A DNA stretch of 63,930 nucleotides, filler included. It is 9 parts of 9 records of this genome, joined end to end, with 100 filler letters (N's around TTAATTAATTAA, not from the genome) between each part and the next. Parts side by side here need not be neighbours in the genome. Positions count along the whole stretch, not along the records: positions 8,948 to 14,370 come from SRR7504441_8449; positions 14,471 to 17,888 come from SRR7504441_8476; positions 17,989 to 29,378 come from SRR7504441_8479; 6 more parts are not named here. The stretch is one strand, 5' to 3'. A model generated the notes under the pieces. That model saw only the letters and a program-made list of their open reading frames with translations, was not told where the DNA came from and did no database searches. Both the position numbers and the translations under genes were made by a program. Positions 8,948 to 18,330 of the stretch are shown one piece after another (positions within the stretch are counted from its first letter, which is position 1; the number at the start of each line of letters is the position of its first letter).

Positions 8948-11854
8948 GCTGGGGGCGGCTTTATCGATACTGAGGCGAATGTGGGAGACGACGAGGAGGA
9001 AGAGGAGGAGGGGTACGACTACCTGGGGGCCAAGACCGACGAGCGCGAGGAGGCCGAGCGCGAGGCGGCGCGGATCGACGCGCGGCGCGGGCGGCACAGA
9101 GTGAACGACCTGCTGCACGGCGACGTGAGCGACATCGCCAAAGGGTTCGAGGAGCGGGCCAAGCGGCGTGAAGAGTTCTCGCAGCAGGTGGCCGGACTGG
9201 AGCAGGCCGACCTGCTGCCCTCGGTGCGGGACCCAAAGCTGTATACCGTGCCGTGCAAGCTCGGGGCCGAGCAGGAGACAGTGATATCTCTGATGAGCAA
9301 GGCCGTCACAATGGCTGACCAGGCCAAACCCCTCAGGATCAAATCGGCCTTCTACAAGCCGTCGATTCGGGGCTTTGTCTACATCGAGGCGTATCGGGAG
9401 GATTACGTCACGCAGGCCTGCCAGGGGATCCGGACTCTGATCATGTATCGCGGTAAGAAGGCCGTCTCGTCCGAGGCTCTCCGGCTGGTCCCGACCAACG
9501 AAATGGTCCAGGTGATGCAGGCCTCGAAGAAGTCGGCAGTGCTCAAGCCGGGCAGCTGGGTCCGGCTCAAGCGCGGGATGTACTCGGGCGATCTGGCCCA
9601 GGTGGTAGACCCGGACGAGGCCGGCTCACGCGCGCTGCTCAAGATAGTGCCCAGGATCGACATCCAGGCCATCGCTGCCAAGAAAGCCGCCCAGAACAAC
9701 CCGCCCCAGCCCGGCCAACCGCGCAAGAGGCCGCGCAAGGGTGCCCGGGCGCCGCAGCGGCTGTTCAACCTGGACGATGTGTCGGCAGCTGGTGGCGAGG
9801 TGCAGCACAGTGCAGGCCGGGTTGTGATCTTCAACGGAAAGCGGTACCGGGACGGATACCTGTACAACTGGACCAACCTGGACTCGATGAACATGCTCAA
9901 CGTGAGCCCGACGCTCGAGGAGCTCCAGATGTTTGAGGACAAGACCAACACGCAGGACGGCGAGCTGGGCGAGCCGGGGAGCAATCCTGCTGGCGGGATC
10001 AAGGCGCTCCAGGGGATGCAGAAGAGGCAGACAGTGTTCGCCAAGGGCGACGTGATCAAGGTGCTGGCCGGCGAGCTCAAGAACCTGAAAGGGACCGTGA
10101 CCAAGCTCAGCCAAGAGGGCGACGACCAGCAACTGGTCGTGAAGCCGATGCTTGAGGCGCTCAAGCACCAGGAGTTGGTGTTCTCTAGCGGAGAAGTGGT
10201 CAAGTTCTTCAAGCTGGGCGACCACGTGGAGGTGCTCGCCGGCCGACACGAGAAGGAGACCGGGCTGGTGGTCCGAGTGGACGGCGAGTTTGCCGACGTT
10301 TTCTCCGATATTAACAGGAAGGAGATTAAAGTGTTCAGCTCGGACCTCAAGCTGTCGGCCAAGGTGGCCACCGGGGTGGACTCTATCGGCAAGTACCTGC
10401 TGAACGACATGGTGATGATTGGGACTCAGAACGTGGGCGTGATCATCCGGATTGACAAGGAGTCAGTCACTGTGCTCACCAACAACGGCGTGCTGCAGGA
10501 AGTCAACCACCAGGCGATAGGGATGAAGCGCAACTCCAGGCAGGCAGTGGCCCTCGACCAGAACCAGAACCAGATCGTGCAGGGCGACCGATGTCGGATA
10601 GACCAAGGCGCCGACAAGAACAAGCAGGGCGTCGTGATCCATCTGTACAGGTCTTTCGTGTTCTTGCACTCGAGTGAAGAGGTCAAGAACTCTGGAGTGA
10701 TGGTGGCGCGCTCACGGCACCTGGCACTGCTCGGTGGCGAGAAAAAGAACCAAGGCGGCCAGTGGCCCATGTTCCACAACCCAATGAGCGTGCTGGCGTC
10801 GCCATCTCAGGGCGGGTTTGGCCAGCGCGGCAAGGGCGGGATGGGCGGGATGGGCGGGATGGGCGGCAAAGGCGGCAAGGGCAAGGGCAAGGGCATGTTC
10901 GGGAACGAAATCCTGCTCAACAAGAAGGTGCTTATCAAGTGCGGCGCCAACAAGGGATACCAAGGGCTGGTGAAGCACGTGACAATGAACTCTGTGAATG
11001 TGGAGCTCGTGGCCAAGCGCAAGACAGTTACCGTCCGTCTGCCACAGGGCGGCAAGATCACAGATGTGCTCCAGATGATGGACGAGCCATCGATGGGATT
11101 CGGAGGCCCCGGCATCATGGCTGCCGGATCCATGTTCAAGCCTCCAGACACGCCAGCACACGGCGACATGCCTCGCACGCCGGCACACGGGAGCGACCCG
11201 CTCGGGACGCCCGGTCCAGCAGACGACGCGTGGGACCCCGACATCGGACAGACCCCAGCACGCGACTCGACTCCGAACTGGGGCGACCACTCTTCGGCCG
11301 GGGGGCCAGGCACTCCAAGCAGCTATGGCGGCTCGATGTGGAATCCTTCGCCTTATGGCGACTCTATGAGCTACACAGGGTTTGCCAAGCAGGAGATGTC
11401 GCCAGGACCAGGCACCCCGGGCACCCCAGGATACGGCCAGACTCCGGGCACTCCAGAGGTGTACAGCGGCACACCTGGGTACACGCCAGGTGGATGGTCG
11501 GCAGCAGGGCCGCCAGCTGAGGACCAGAAGGCCTGGCTGCAGCACGCCAAGAATGTGCTGGTTACGCTGACGGGAGGGCAGTATGCTGGGAGCCAGGCTG
11601 TCATCCGGGGCAATGAAGGGATGCGAGTGACTGTAGAATTGGTGGACGGCGGGCAGACCATCGAAGCCGATGCCAACCAGATCGAAGTGGTCGCACCAGC
11701 CAAGAGGGACAATGTGATGGTGATTGCTGACCCAGACATGGGCGGGACCGGTGTGCTGATTGGTATTGATGGCGAGGATGGCATTGTCAAGATGAGTCAA
11801 ACCCTCGATATTAAGATAATTCAGCTCGGCTCACTAGCTAAGATGGCTGGCTAA
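8948..11854 (+). CDS. SPT5: Transcription elongation factor Spt5 (5' truncated)
   Basis: Acidic FIDTEANV..EEEE region, NGN domain (LLPSVRDPKL..VPCKLG..GFVYIEA), several KOW motifs (WVRLKRGMYSGDLAQV; FKLGDHVEV), TP-rich repeats and terminal KOW (GVLIGIDGEDGIVK). Confidence 0.97.
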   Translation, partial: AGGGFIDTEANVGDDEEEEEEGYDYLGAKTDEREEAEREAARIDARRGRHRVNDLLHGDVSDIAKGFEERAKRREEFSQQVAGLEQADLLPSVRDPKLYTVPCKLGAEQETVISLMSKAVTMADQAKPLRIKSAFYKPSIRGFVYIEAYREDYVTQACQGIRTLIMYRGKKAVSSEALRLVPTNEMVQVMQASKKSAVLKPGSWVRLKRGMYSGDLAQVVDPDEAGSRALLKIVPRIDIQAIAAKKAAQNNPPQPGQPRKRPRKGARAPQRLFNLDDVSAAGGEVQHSAGRVVIFNGKRYRDGYLYNWTNLDSMNMLNVSPTLEELQMFEDKTNTQDGELGEPGSNPAGGIKALQGMQKRQTVFAKGDVIKVLAGELKNLKGTVTKLSQEGDDQQLVVKPMLEALKHQELVFSSGEVVKFFKLGDHVEVLAGRHEKETGLVVRVDGEFADVFSDINRKEIKVFSSDLKLSAKVATGVDSIGKYLLNDMVMIGTQNVGVIIRIDKESVTVLTNNGVLQEVNHQAIGMKRNSRQAVALDQNQNQIVQGDRCRIDQGADKNKQGVVIHLYRSFVFLHSSEEVKNSGVMVARSRHLALLGGEKKNQGGQWPMFHNPMSVLASPSQGGFGQRGKGGMGGMGGMGGKGGKGKGKGMFGNEILLNKKVLIKCGANKGYQGLVKHVTMNSVNVELVAKRKTVTVRLPQGGKITDVLQMMDEPSMGFGGPGIMAAGSMFKPPDTPAHGDMPRTPAHGSDPLGTPGPADDAWDPDIGQTPARDSTPNWGDHSSAGGPGTPSSYGGSMWNPSPYGDSMSYTGFAKQEMSPGPGTPGTPGYGQTPGTPEVYSGTPGYTPGGWSAAGPPAEDQKAWLQHAKNVLVTLTGGQYAGSQAVIRGNEGMRVTVELVDGGQTIEADANQIEVVAPAKRDNVMVIADPDMGGTGVLIGIDGEDGIVKMSQTLDIKIIQLGSLAKMAG

Positions 11855-12149
11855 AAGTGCTCGTTCAAAACTGCTTAGATGACAAGTCTCGTAGGAAGGA
11901 TGATTGTCGACGTCGAATTAATACATGTACTAACAATCATGTACCGGTACTTGTATCGTTGTACGCTCACGTACGCTTCCGGCACATGACGCTTGTACAA
12001 TACTAACTAAAGTCTTGTACATTCCCGAGAGTATTTCTTTATTATGTACTCGTACGTAGTCGTCGAACTTTCCAATGCATGAAGCCCTCGCAAGACGGAT
12101 AAGGAGGCGTTATGCAGGATTTCTATATTTTACGTTTGCGAAGCGAAAG

Positions 12150-14048
12150 CTAATACCTGTACGAAGGTAAATAGCCGGCTCGCTGTTTGACTGGCGACGG
12201 CGCCCTCCTTGGTTTCGGCTTCAGTGTTGTGTTGGGGTCTAGATCTGCTGCCTCGGCACCTTCGCGCAGTGCCAAGAATGCCCCACGGAACAAATGCTTC
12301 TCGCGCATTGAGGAGGCGGTTCGGCGCCGGCTGAGTTGGCCTTGGTGCCACAGGATCATATTGAGGTGCTGGCCGTGCATCCCGCGCTGCTTGATCGCCA
12401 GGTCTGCCTGTGCCTTACTCATCTCCTCGAGCAGCTTCTCACTATGCGCCCTCCCGGCGGCCAGCTCAGCCTCGGCGGCCAGCTTGGCGTTGTCGAGGGC
12501 CACCATGTCGGACTGGGCGTTCTCGAGCTCGAATTGGACCATTTGCTTGTTGTTCCGCTCGCTCTTGATCATCAGCTCGGCTTCGTGCATCCGCTTGGTG
12601 ATCACCATCAGGTCGTTGCTTGCAGTGGTCAGCTCGGCCTCCAGCACCGTGTTCCGGGCGTTCAGCCGGGACACTTCGGCGTCCGCCTCGATCAGTCGCT
12701 TGTTGAGTGACTCGTTGTCTGCTCCAAGGTTGGCGATCTCCTGCTTGGCGTTTTGCAGCTCAGTGAGCGCCGACGCCTTGGCTGCCATCTCGGCGGTGGC
12801 CAGCGACTCAGCCTCGAGCGCCCGGACGCGCATCCGCTCGTTTTCGACCGCCATCGCGTCCATGCCCTGCTTGACTAGCTCGAGCTCGAGTGCAGCTGCC
12901 TGCTTGGCCGCCTTCTCTGCGGCGACGCAGGTCGCTTCCTGCAGCAGCTGCTGCCGGAGCTCCTCGGTCTGAGTGGCCAGCACCGCCACCCGCCGCTGGC
13001 TGGCCTCGAGCTCCAGCCGAAGCCCAGACTTTGCCGCCACCTCGCTGCTCACCACGGAGCTCGCGTTGAGCAGCTGTCTTGAGAGCTGGATCGACTCTTC
13101 GGATTGGGCGGCCAGGCCCTTCTTCATCCCGTCGAGCTCGAGCTGGGCAGCCGACCACTGGGCCCGCTCGGCCACCGCGTCCAGCTGGGCCTCCCGAAGC
13201 TGCTTCTCCATCTCTATCGAGGCCACCTGCTGCTGCGCCAGTCCGAGCTTAGTGTCGTGCAGCTGGTTCTCTAGTGCTGTCCGCTCAGCTCGCTCGTGGC
13301 AGACAGTGTTCTCGGCCTGGTGCAGCGCCCCGGACAGGCTGTTGGCGGTCTTGGTGGCCGACTCTAGCTCGCCGGAGAGCAGCTTGTTGCTCAGGGTCCG
13401 GTCCTGCAGATTGGCCTGGCTCACACGCAGCTCGTGCACCAGTCGGCCCTTGGCCGCCCGCTCGTGCTCAAGGACGTACCCGGTCTTGTGCAGTTTGTTG
13501 GCCAGCCCCGCGGCCGAGTTCTCGGCCCCCTCGAGCTGGCCGATCAGCACTCTGTTCTCGTAATCCTTCTGCGACAGCCCGGCCACCGCCGCGGTCAGCT
13601 CCTCAGCGGTCATCTGCCGCTCCTGCCGCTCGTGGTCGATCACGTTCTCGCACACGTGCAGCTGTCCGGACAGGTTGGAGCTCTCGAGCGCGGTCCGCTC
13701 GAGCTCGTTTCGGACCAAGTTGGTCTGGTTGACCGACTCGGCCAGCTGCACGTGCTTCTTGTGGAGCGACTGGTGCAGCCCGTCCTTCTCCTCGAGGTCC
13801 CGTTCCTGCTGCAGCTGCGCCAGGTGCACCTGGTGCAACGCCTGGTCCGCCGTGTCCTCGGCGCTCGCCAACTGGGCCCCGGCGTGCGAGGCCGCCTGGT
13901 GGGCCCCGTGGAGCTCGCGCTCAAGCTGGCTCAGATCGGCGTGCATCATCGGCGGCAGCCCCCCGCCAATCTGGCCGCCAAGAGGCGGGTGGTATGCTCC
14001 CGGATGGCGGGCTCCCGGATATGCGGCTCCCGGATGGTATGAGGACAT
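12150..14048 (-). CDS. Long coiled-coil protein with 56- and 42-residue repeats
   Basis: Open frame of about 630 aa from MSSYHPGAAYPG; Leu/Glu/Ala-rich heptads with periodic (H/A)ERAxK...EL units. Confidence 0.75.
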   Translation of the reverse strand: MSSYHPGAAYPGARHPGAYHPPLGGQIGGGLPPMMHADLSQLERELHGAHQAASHAGAQLASAEDTADQALHQVHLAQLQQERDLEEKDGLHQSLHKKHVQLAESVNQTNLVRNELERTALESSNLSGQLHVCENVIDHERQERQMTAEELTAAVAGLSQKDYENRVLIGQLEGAENSAAGLANKLHKTGYVLEHERAAKGRLVHELRVSQANLQDRTLSNKLLSGELESATKTANSLSGALHQAENTVCHERAERTALENQLHDTKLGLAQQQVASIEMEKQLREAQLDAVAERAQWSAAQLELDGMKKGLAAQSEESIQLSRQLLNASSVVSSEVAAKSGLRLELEASQRRVAVLATQTEELRQQLLQEATCVAAEKAAKQAAALELELVKQGMDAMAVENERMRVRALEAESLATAEMAAKASALTELQNAKQEIANLGADNESLNKRLIEADAEVSRLNARNTVLEAELTTASNDLMVITKRMHEAELMIKSERNNKQMVQFELENAQSDMVALDNAKLAAEAELAAGRAHSEKLLEEMSKAQADLAIKQRGMHGQHLNMILWHQGQLSRRRTASSMREKHLFRGAFLALREGAEAADLDPNTTLKPKPRRAPSPVKQRAGYLPSYRY

Positions 14049-14470
14049 ACTCGCTTTTGGCGCGGGAGTCGGCACAACCGCCGTTGGCCAACGGTAAACT
14101 CGACCAAAGTGAGTCAGCAGCTGTCCTGAGCGGTCTTCCCCACGAGCCGAGAAGGTTCCATGGCCCCGAGGCCGACTCGCGATACTCCCAGCACACTCTG
14201 TTTCTCACTCCAGTGTTGAGGCGCATGAGCCTGGGCCACAAAGCAGTGAGTTTAACCAGTGTGTTTGCAGGAACTTACCGACATCTGCCATCATTGATCG
14301 TCGGTGCTCGCTGACGCGCTCGTCTCATCCGGACTGCGACTGGGGGGGGGGGCGATCAAGGCCCGGCCGGNNNNNNNNNNNNNNNNNNNNNNNNNNNNNN
14401 NNNNNNNNNNNNNNTTAATTAATTAANNNNNNNNNNNNNNNNNNNNNNNNNNNNNNNNNNNNNNNNNNNN

Positions 14471-14762
14471 TGATTTTACAAATTTGGGGGGTGGTGCACG
14501 GCGCACGACGTATCCCAGTAACTATGACGAGTGGGGTGACTTTGTGATGCGGATGTGCAACGACTGCACCAACGGAGGACACAAGCGGGCAGCCAACTCG
14601 GGGATCCACAGTGCGCAGCACAGTCCCCAGAAGACCACCAGCCCCATAGCCCCAGTCAAGTGGCCGGCCGGGCCGACAGCTCTACAGCTGTACATGTACA
14701 ACATCCTCACCGAGGAGTTTTCTCCAACAGCGACAACAACACCGCGGGCTCGGCCGCGCTGA
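14471..14762 (+). CDS. Hypothetical protein, 3' fragment
   Basis: Open frame from contig edge to TGA, 16 nt before the next ATG; no recognised motif. Confidence 0.35.
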
Positions 14763-14778
14763 GCTGAACGCAGTAGCT

Positions 14779-15936
14779 ATGCGAACAAGGCTGCTGGCGG
14801 CAGCGGTGGCGATCGGGCTGTACCTTTGGAACCTGTCCCGCCGCGCCCGGAACCGGCTAACCTGCCACCCGGAGTCGCCGCTGGCCGCGCTGCTGGCCCG
14901 GATGGCCAAGCTCGCCCGGTACCAGGCCCCGTGGTGGCTGCCCAGCGGGATCCTCCAGACCCTGTACAGCGAGCGCGCCCCCGCCCCGCAGCTTCCGTAC
15001 CAGCGACACAGCCTGCCGCTGCCCCCGCTGGCCCGACCGCCCGGGGCCTCCTGCTGCCCACAGACTGTGCCGGCTGGGACGGTCTCTTTTGACCAGCTGC
15101 CGCACCCGGCGGCCCGAGCGGCGCTGATTCTGGTGCCGGGGCTGACAGGCTGCAGTCAGAGCGGATTCATCCGACGGGCGGCGGCCCAGGCGCACGAGGC
15201 TGGGATGGAGGTCTGGGCTTACAACCCGCGGGGCCGGGGAGGCAATATACTGATCTCTCCGTTCCTCTACAGCGCCGGGTACACGGAGGACCTGAAGCGA
15301 GCGGTGGCGCACGTCGCTGGGCTCCGGCCAGGGCTGCCACTTTTGGCGATGGGCTACAGTCTGGGGAGCAATAAGCTGGCCAAGATGGTCGGTGAGCAAG
15401 GGGAGGAGTGCCTGCTCACAGCAGCCGTGGCACTCGCATGCCCCATTGACCTCTTGTCGGCGTCGGTTGCGCTGGGTAGCACAGGGCCCGGTCGGCTGAT
15501 CGATAGGGCACTGGTCGGGTTTGTGCAGGCGGTCCGCAAGGAGCACGCGGAGGTGCTCAAACAGCACGGGGCGATTCAGATGGAAGAGGTCGCGGCCGCA
15601 CAGACGATGGCCGAGTTTGACGACAAGGCTATTGCACCGATGTTTGAGTTCCCGTCAGGCTCGCAGTATTATAGAGTGGCCTCAGCCGGGCTTCACCTGA
15701 GCAATATCGCCATCCCAACTCTCTTTATACATGCAACGAATGATCCAATCATCCCGGGTTATGTAGTACGGATGGATGATTTTAGGAGCAACAAAATGCT
15801 CCTGAGCGTGATGACGAATGACGGAGGGCATTCAATGGATTGGTTTGAACGGGGGCTCACTCGCTCGTGGAGCTGCGATGCAAGTATTCAATTCTTCGAT
15901 TGCCTTTTATCCAAAGAGCACGGTCTTGCAATTTAA
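14779..15936 (+). CDS. Alpha/beta hydrolase, ABHD1/2/3-YheT type
   Basis: PWWLPSGILQT, LVPGLTGCS, YNPRG, FLYSAGYTEDL, nucleophile GYSLG, NDPII and GGH. Confidence 0.92.
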   Translation: MRTRLLAAAVAIGLYLWNLSRRARNRLTCHPESPLAALLARMAKLARYQAPWWLPSGILQTLYSERAPAPQLPYQRHSLPLPPLARPPGASCCPQTVPAGTVSFDQLPHPAARAALILVPGLTGCSQSGFIRRAAAQAHEAGMEVWAYNPRGRGGNILISPFLYSAGYTEDLKRAVAHVAGLRPGLPLLAMGYSLGSNKLAKMVGEQGEECLLTAAVALACPIDLLSASVALGSTGPGRLIDRALVGFVQAVRKEHAEVLKQHGAIQMEEVAAAQTMAEFDDKAIAPMFEFPSGSQYYRVASAGLHLSNIAIPTLFIHATNDPIIPGYVVRMDDFRSNKMLLSVMTNDGGHSMDWFERGLTRSWSCDASIQFFDCLLSKEHGLAI

Positions 15937-16625
15937 TAATTTATTTAGAATATACGAGTAAATAACGAGTAAAGTCCCCCGAATAGTCTCTAGGGTGCTT
16001 TAAGCTCTCACAAGGCGCAATAAAGGCATTGATTGATTGAGCCCTACCCCCCTCCTTCATGATCAGCCCACGAGCGGCCGAGCCCCCTCAACGCCCCTCG
16101 CCCCTTGTCGCCCCTTGTCGCCCTTAATTGTGAAACCCCCCACCCCACTCTGACTGCAGCCACTGTTATGGCCAGCGATCCTCCGAGTGGGCGGGAGATG
16201 GCGCTGCTGCTCTCGCGGCTCGACTGCCCGACCCTGCCGGCGGCCATCTCCCGGTGCTGCTCGCTGCGCGCTGGGCCCACCGCTTGATCTTTGTTGTGAA
16301 TGCAGGGAGATGCAAGCACCATCAGGCCTTGGCTAGAGGCAACGGTGATCCGTGCCTCCTATTCGCTTTCAATTGATAAGGGGGTTGGCAGAAACGTGAC
16401 ATTAGAGAAACCATCCAGCCACCTGAAGAGTCACACAGCACGCGTTGGTGGTGGAGACTGTGGTAGCAAGTAATAGATTGAACGTTCGTTAGCATGAGCT
16501 TTATTACACGCTCGGTGACCAACTAACTACGTAACCCACTAGTTGCAGTGTCCTCAATGATAAAGTGCCACTTCGCTTTTGCACTCACAACGAGTACGGT
16601 AGTACGAGACTACGAGTACGAGTAT

Positions 16626-17418
16626 CTATCGTTGCAAGTGGCGGCGAGGCAGCTCGGGCAACGCGGTGACAACCACAGTGCCGGCCGCCTTGTCATGCAA
16701 ACAGCGCCAGTGTGGCTCGTACAGCGCTAGCAGGAACAAGAGCGAGCAAAGCACCGAGCTGCCCACCTGCCGTGACCGTGAAACCCACACACACCCCAAA
16801 GTCACCTTGACTCCCGCTCGAACCAGACACTGCCCCAACCGGGGCGGGCGGCCCGAGCTGAAATCGACTATCTTGACCCCAGCCGCCGCTTTGCCTATCG
16901 TATAGCCGCCGGAGAGCCAGACGCACAGCTGCCGGGAGCACTCAACACTCAGCCCGCCGAGTGACTATCAGATCAGGCACCGTCTGGTAGGCCAGCGTGA
17001 GCCCATACCCGGCCAGGATTAGCCACACCAGCCTGCTCTCCAGGCTCTGCCCCCGCCCGCTGGACCTCCCCTGGCCAGCTCGCCTCACCGTGAGCATGGC
17101 GTACAGATCCGAGGAGAGAGACCAGATCAGCGCGAGCTCCTGCGGATCGGCAAGCCCCGTAGTGGCCTGGAGCGCAATCCAGGCGATTGGCAGGCTGATC
17201 AGCGCGCTGTCGATCATCTCGCCCACCAGCCTCGAGCTGAGCGCGGCCTGCCGGCGCGGCATCTCTGGCTGCCGCTGGTTGAGCCCGGCGGTCACGATCC
17301 GCGAGAGCAGCGGCTGGAGCGCCTCCAAGTTGAGCGAGTTGGCCGACCCCTGGCTCTGGTACGCCTGCAGCGCCAGCTGGTGCATCCGCTCCCACTCCTC
17401 GGGGCACTTGTCCTCCAT
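16626..17418 (-). CDS. RDD-family membrane protein (FAM8A1-like), 4 exons
   Basis: AALSSRLVGEMIDSALI; spliced exons give GGYTIGKAAAGVKIVD..LVRAGVK and RCLHDKAAGTVVV, typical RDD motifs. Confidence 0.8.
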
Positions 17419-17532
17419 TCGGTGGAGGGCTCACTGGATCGTGGAGGGCTCACTTGGATCGATTGGAGTCTGGATCGAGTTTCCGTTGTGGTCGACGCAA
17501 ATTGGGCAGAGCCGTGTTGGTGCTGTCGCCGC

Positions 17533-17888
17533 ATGGAAGGTACTGCCGCCTCCGCCTGCCTGCACGGCCGGTGTCCGAGTCTGAGCCCGCTGTCTGCAGG
17601 CCCGGTGTTCAGCTCGTTCAGGCCCGGCGGAGTCAAGTGGCCGCCGGCTCCGCCTAAGAACCAGGGACGGCTCAACTTTCCAGGCCCGAGCAGCAACTTT
17701 ATATACACCTCCATGGAGGTAGCACTACCTTCGTCGCGCCAATTGCTGATCAGGCGGCCAGAACTTTGTTTTCCGGCCGGACTTGAAAGTGGACGACGAC
17801 CACCACAACAGCAATGCAAGGTTCAAGCTGAATCTCCCAGGTCTGCGCTGGACCGAGAGGTGCAAGGTAGCTGCCATACAGTTTCTGC
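17533..17888 (+). CDS. Hypothetical spliced protein, 5' fragment
   Basis: ATG 114 nt from the divergent RDD start; GT-AG introns link MEGPVFSSFRPGGVKWPP.. to NFVFRPDLKVDDD..; no known motif. Confidence 0.35.
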
Positions 17889-17988
17889 NNNNNNNNNNNN
17901 NNNNNNNNNNNNNNNNNNNNNNNNNNNNNNNNTTAATTAATTAANNNNNNNNNNNNNNNNNNNNNNNNNNNNNNNNNNNNNNNNNNNN

Positions 17989-18204
17989 GGCAGAGGGGTG
18001 GAGGAGGACAAGGCACAGGCGGCGGATTGGTATCGGAAGGCAGCGGAGCAGGGGGATGCTACGGCACAGTGCATCCTGGGCTTCTGCTATGAATTCGGTA
18101 GAGGGGTGGAGGAGGACAAGGCACAGGCGCTCGACTGGTGGAGGAAGGCGGCGGATCAAGGCCATTGTAGCGCTAAAGCCTTGATCCGCATTAGGCTTGC
18201 ATAG
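17989..18204 (+). CDS. Sel1-like repeat protein, 3' fragment
   Basis: GRGVEEDKAQAADWYRKAAEQGDATAQCILGFCYEFGRGVEEDK consensus SLR repeats. Confidence 0.9.
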   Translation, partial: GRGVEEDKAQAADWYRKAAEQGDATAQCILGFCYEFGRGVEEDKAQALDWWRKAADQGHCSAKALIRIRLA

Positions 18205-18330
18205 ATGGATCCATTGCAATTGTTAGCTTCCCCGCGCTGACGGTATGCTGATATCGATGGTATGCTGATATCGATCATGATGGGATGTTACTCAAGTGGC
18301 AATCCAATAAACGAACTGATCGTTTTATTG

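Noticed and set aside
10820-10900. GGCGGGATG and GGCAAG nucleotide repeats
   Set aside because: They encode the Gly/Met/Lys low-complexity linker of Spt5.
15965-16040. AAAGTCCCCC resembling the RNase MRP/P P4 motif
   Set aside because: No convincing complementary 3' P4 strand found downstream.
16168-16473. Possible small spliced gene starting MASDPPSGREMALLL
   Set aside because: No splice solution gave a convincing product.
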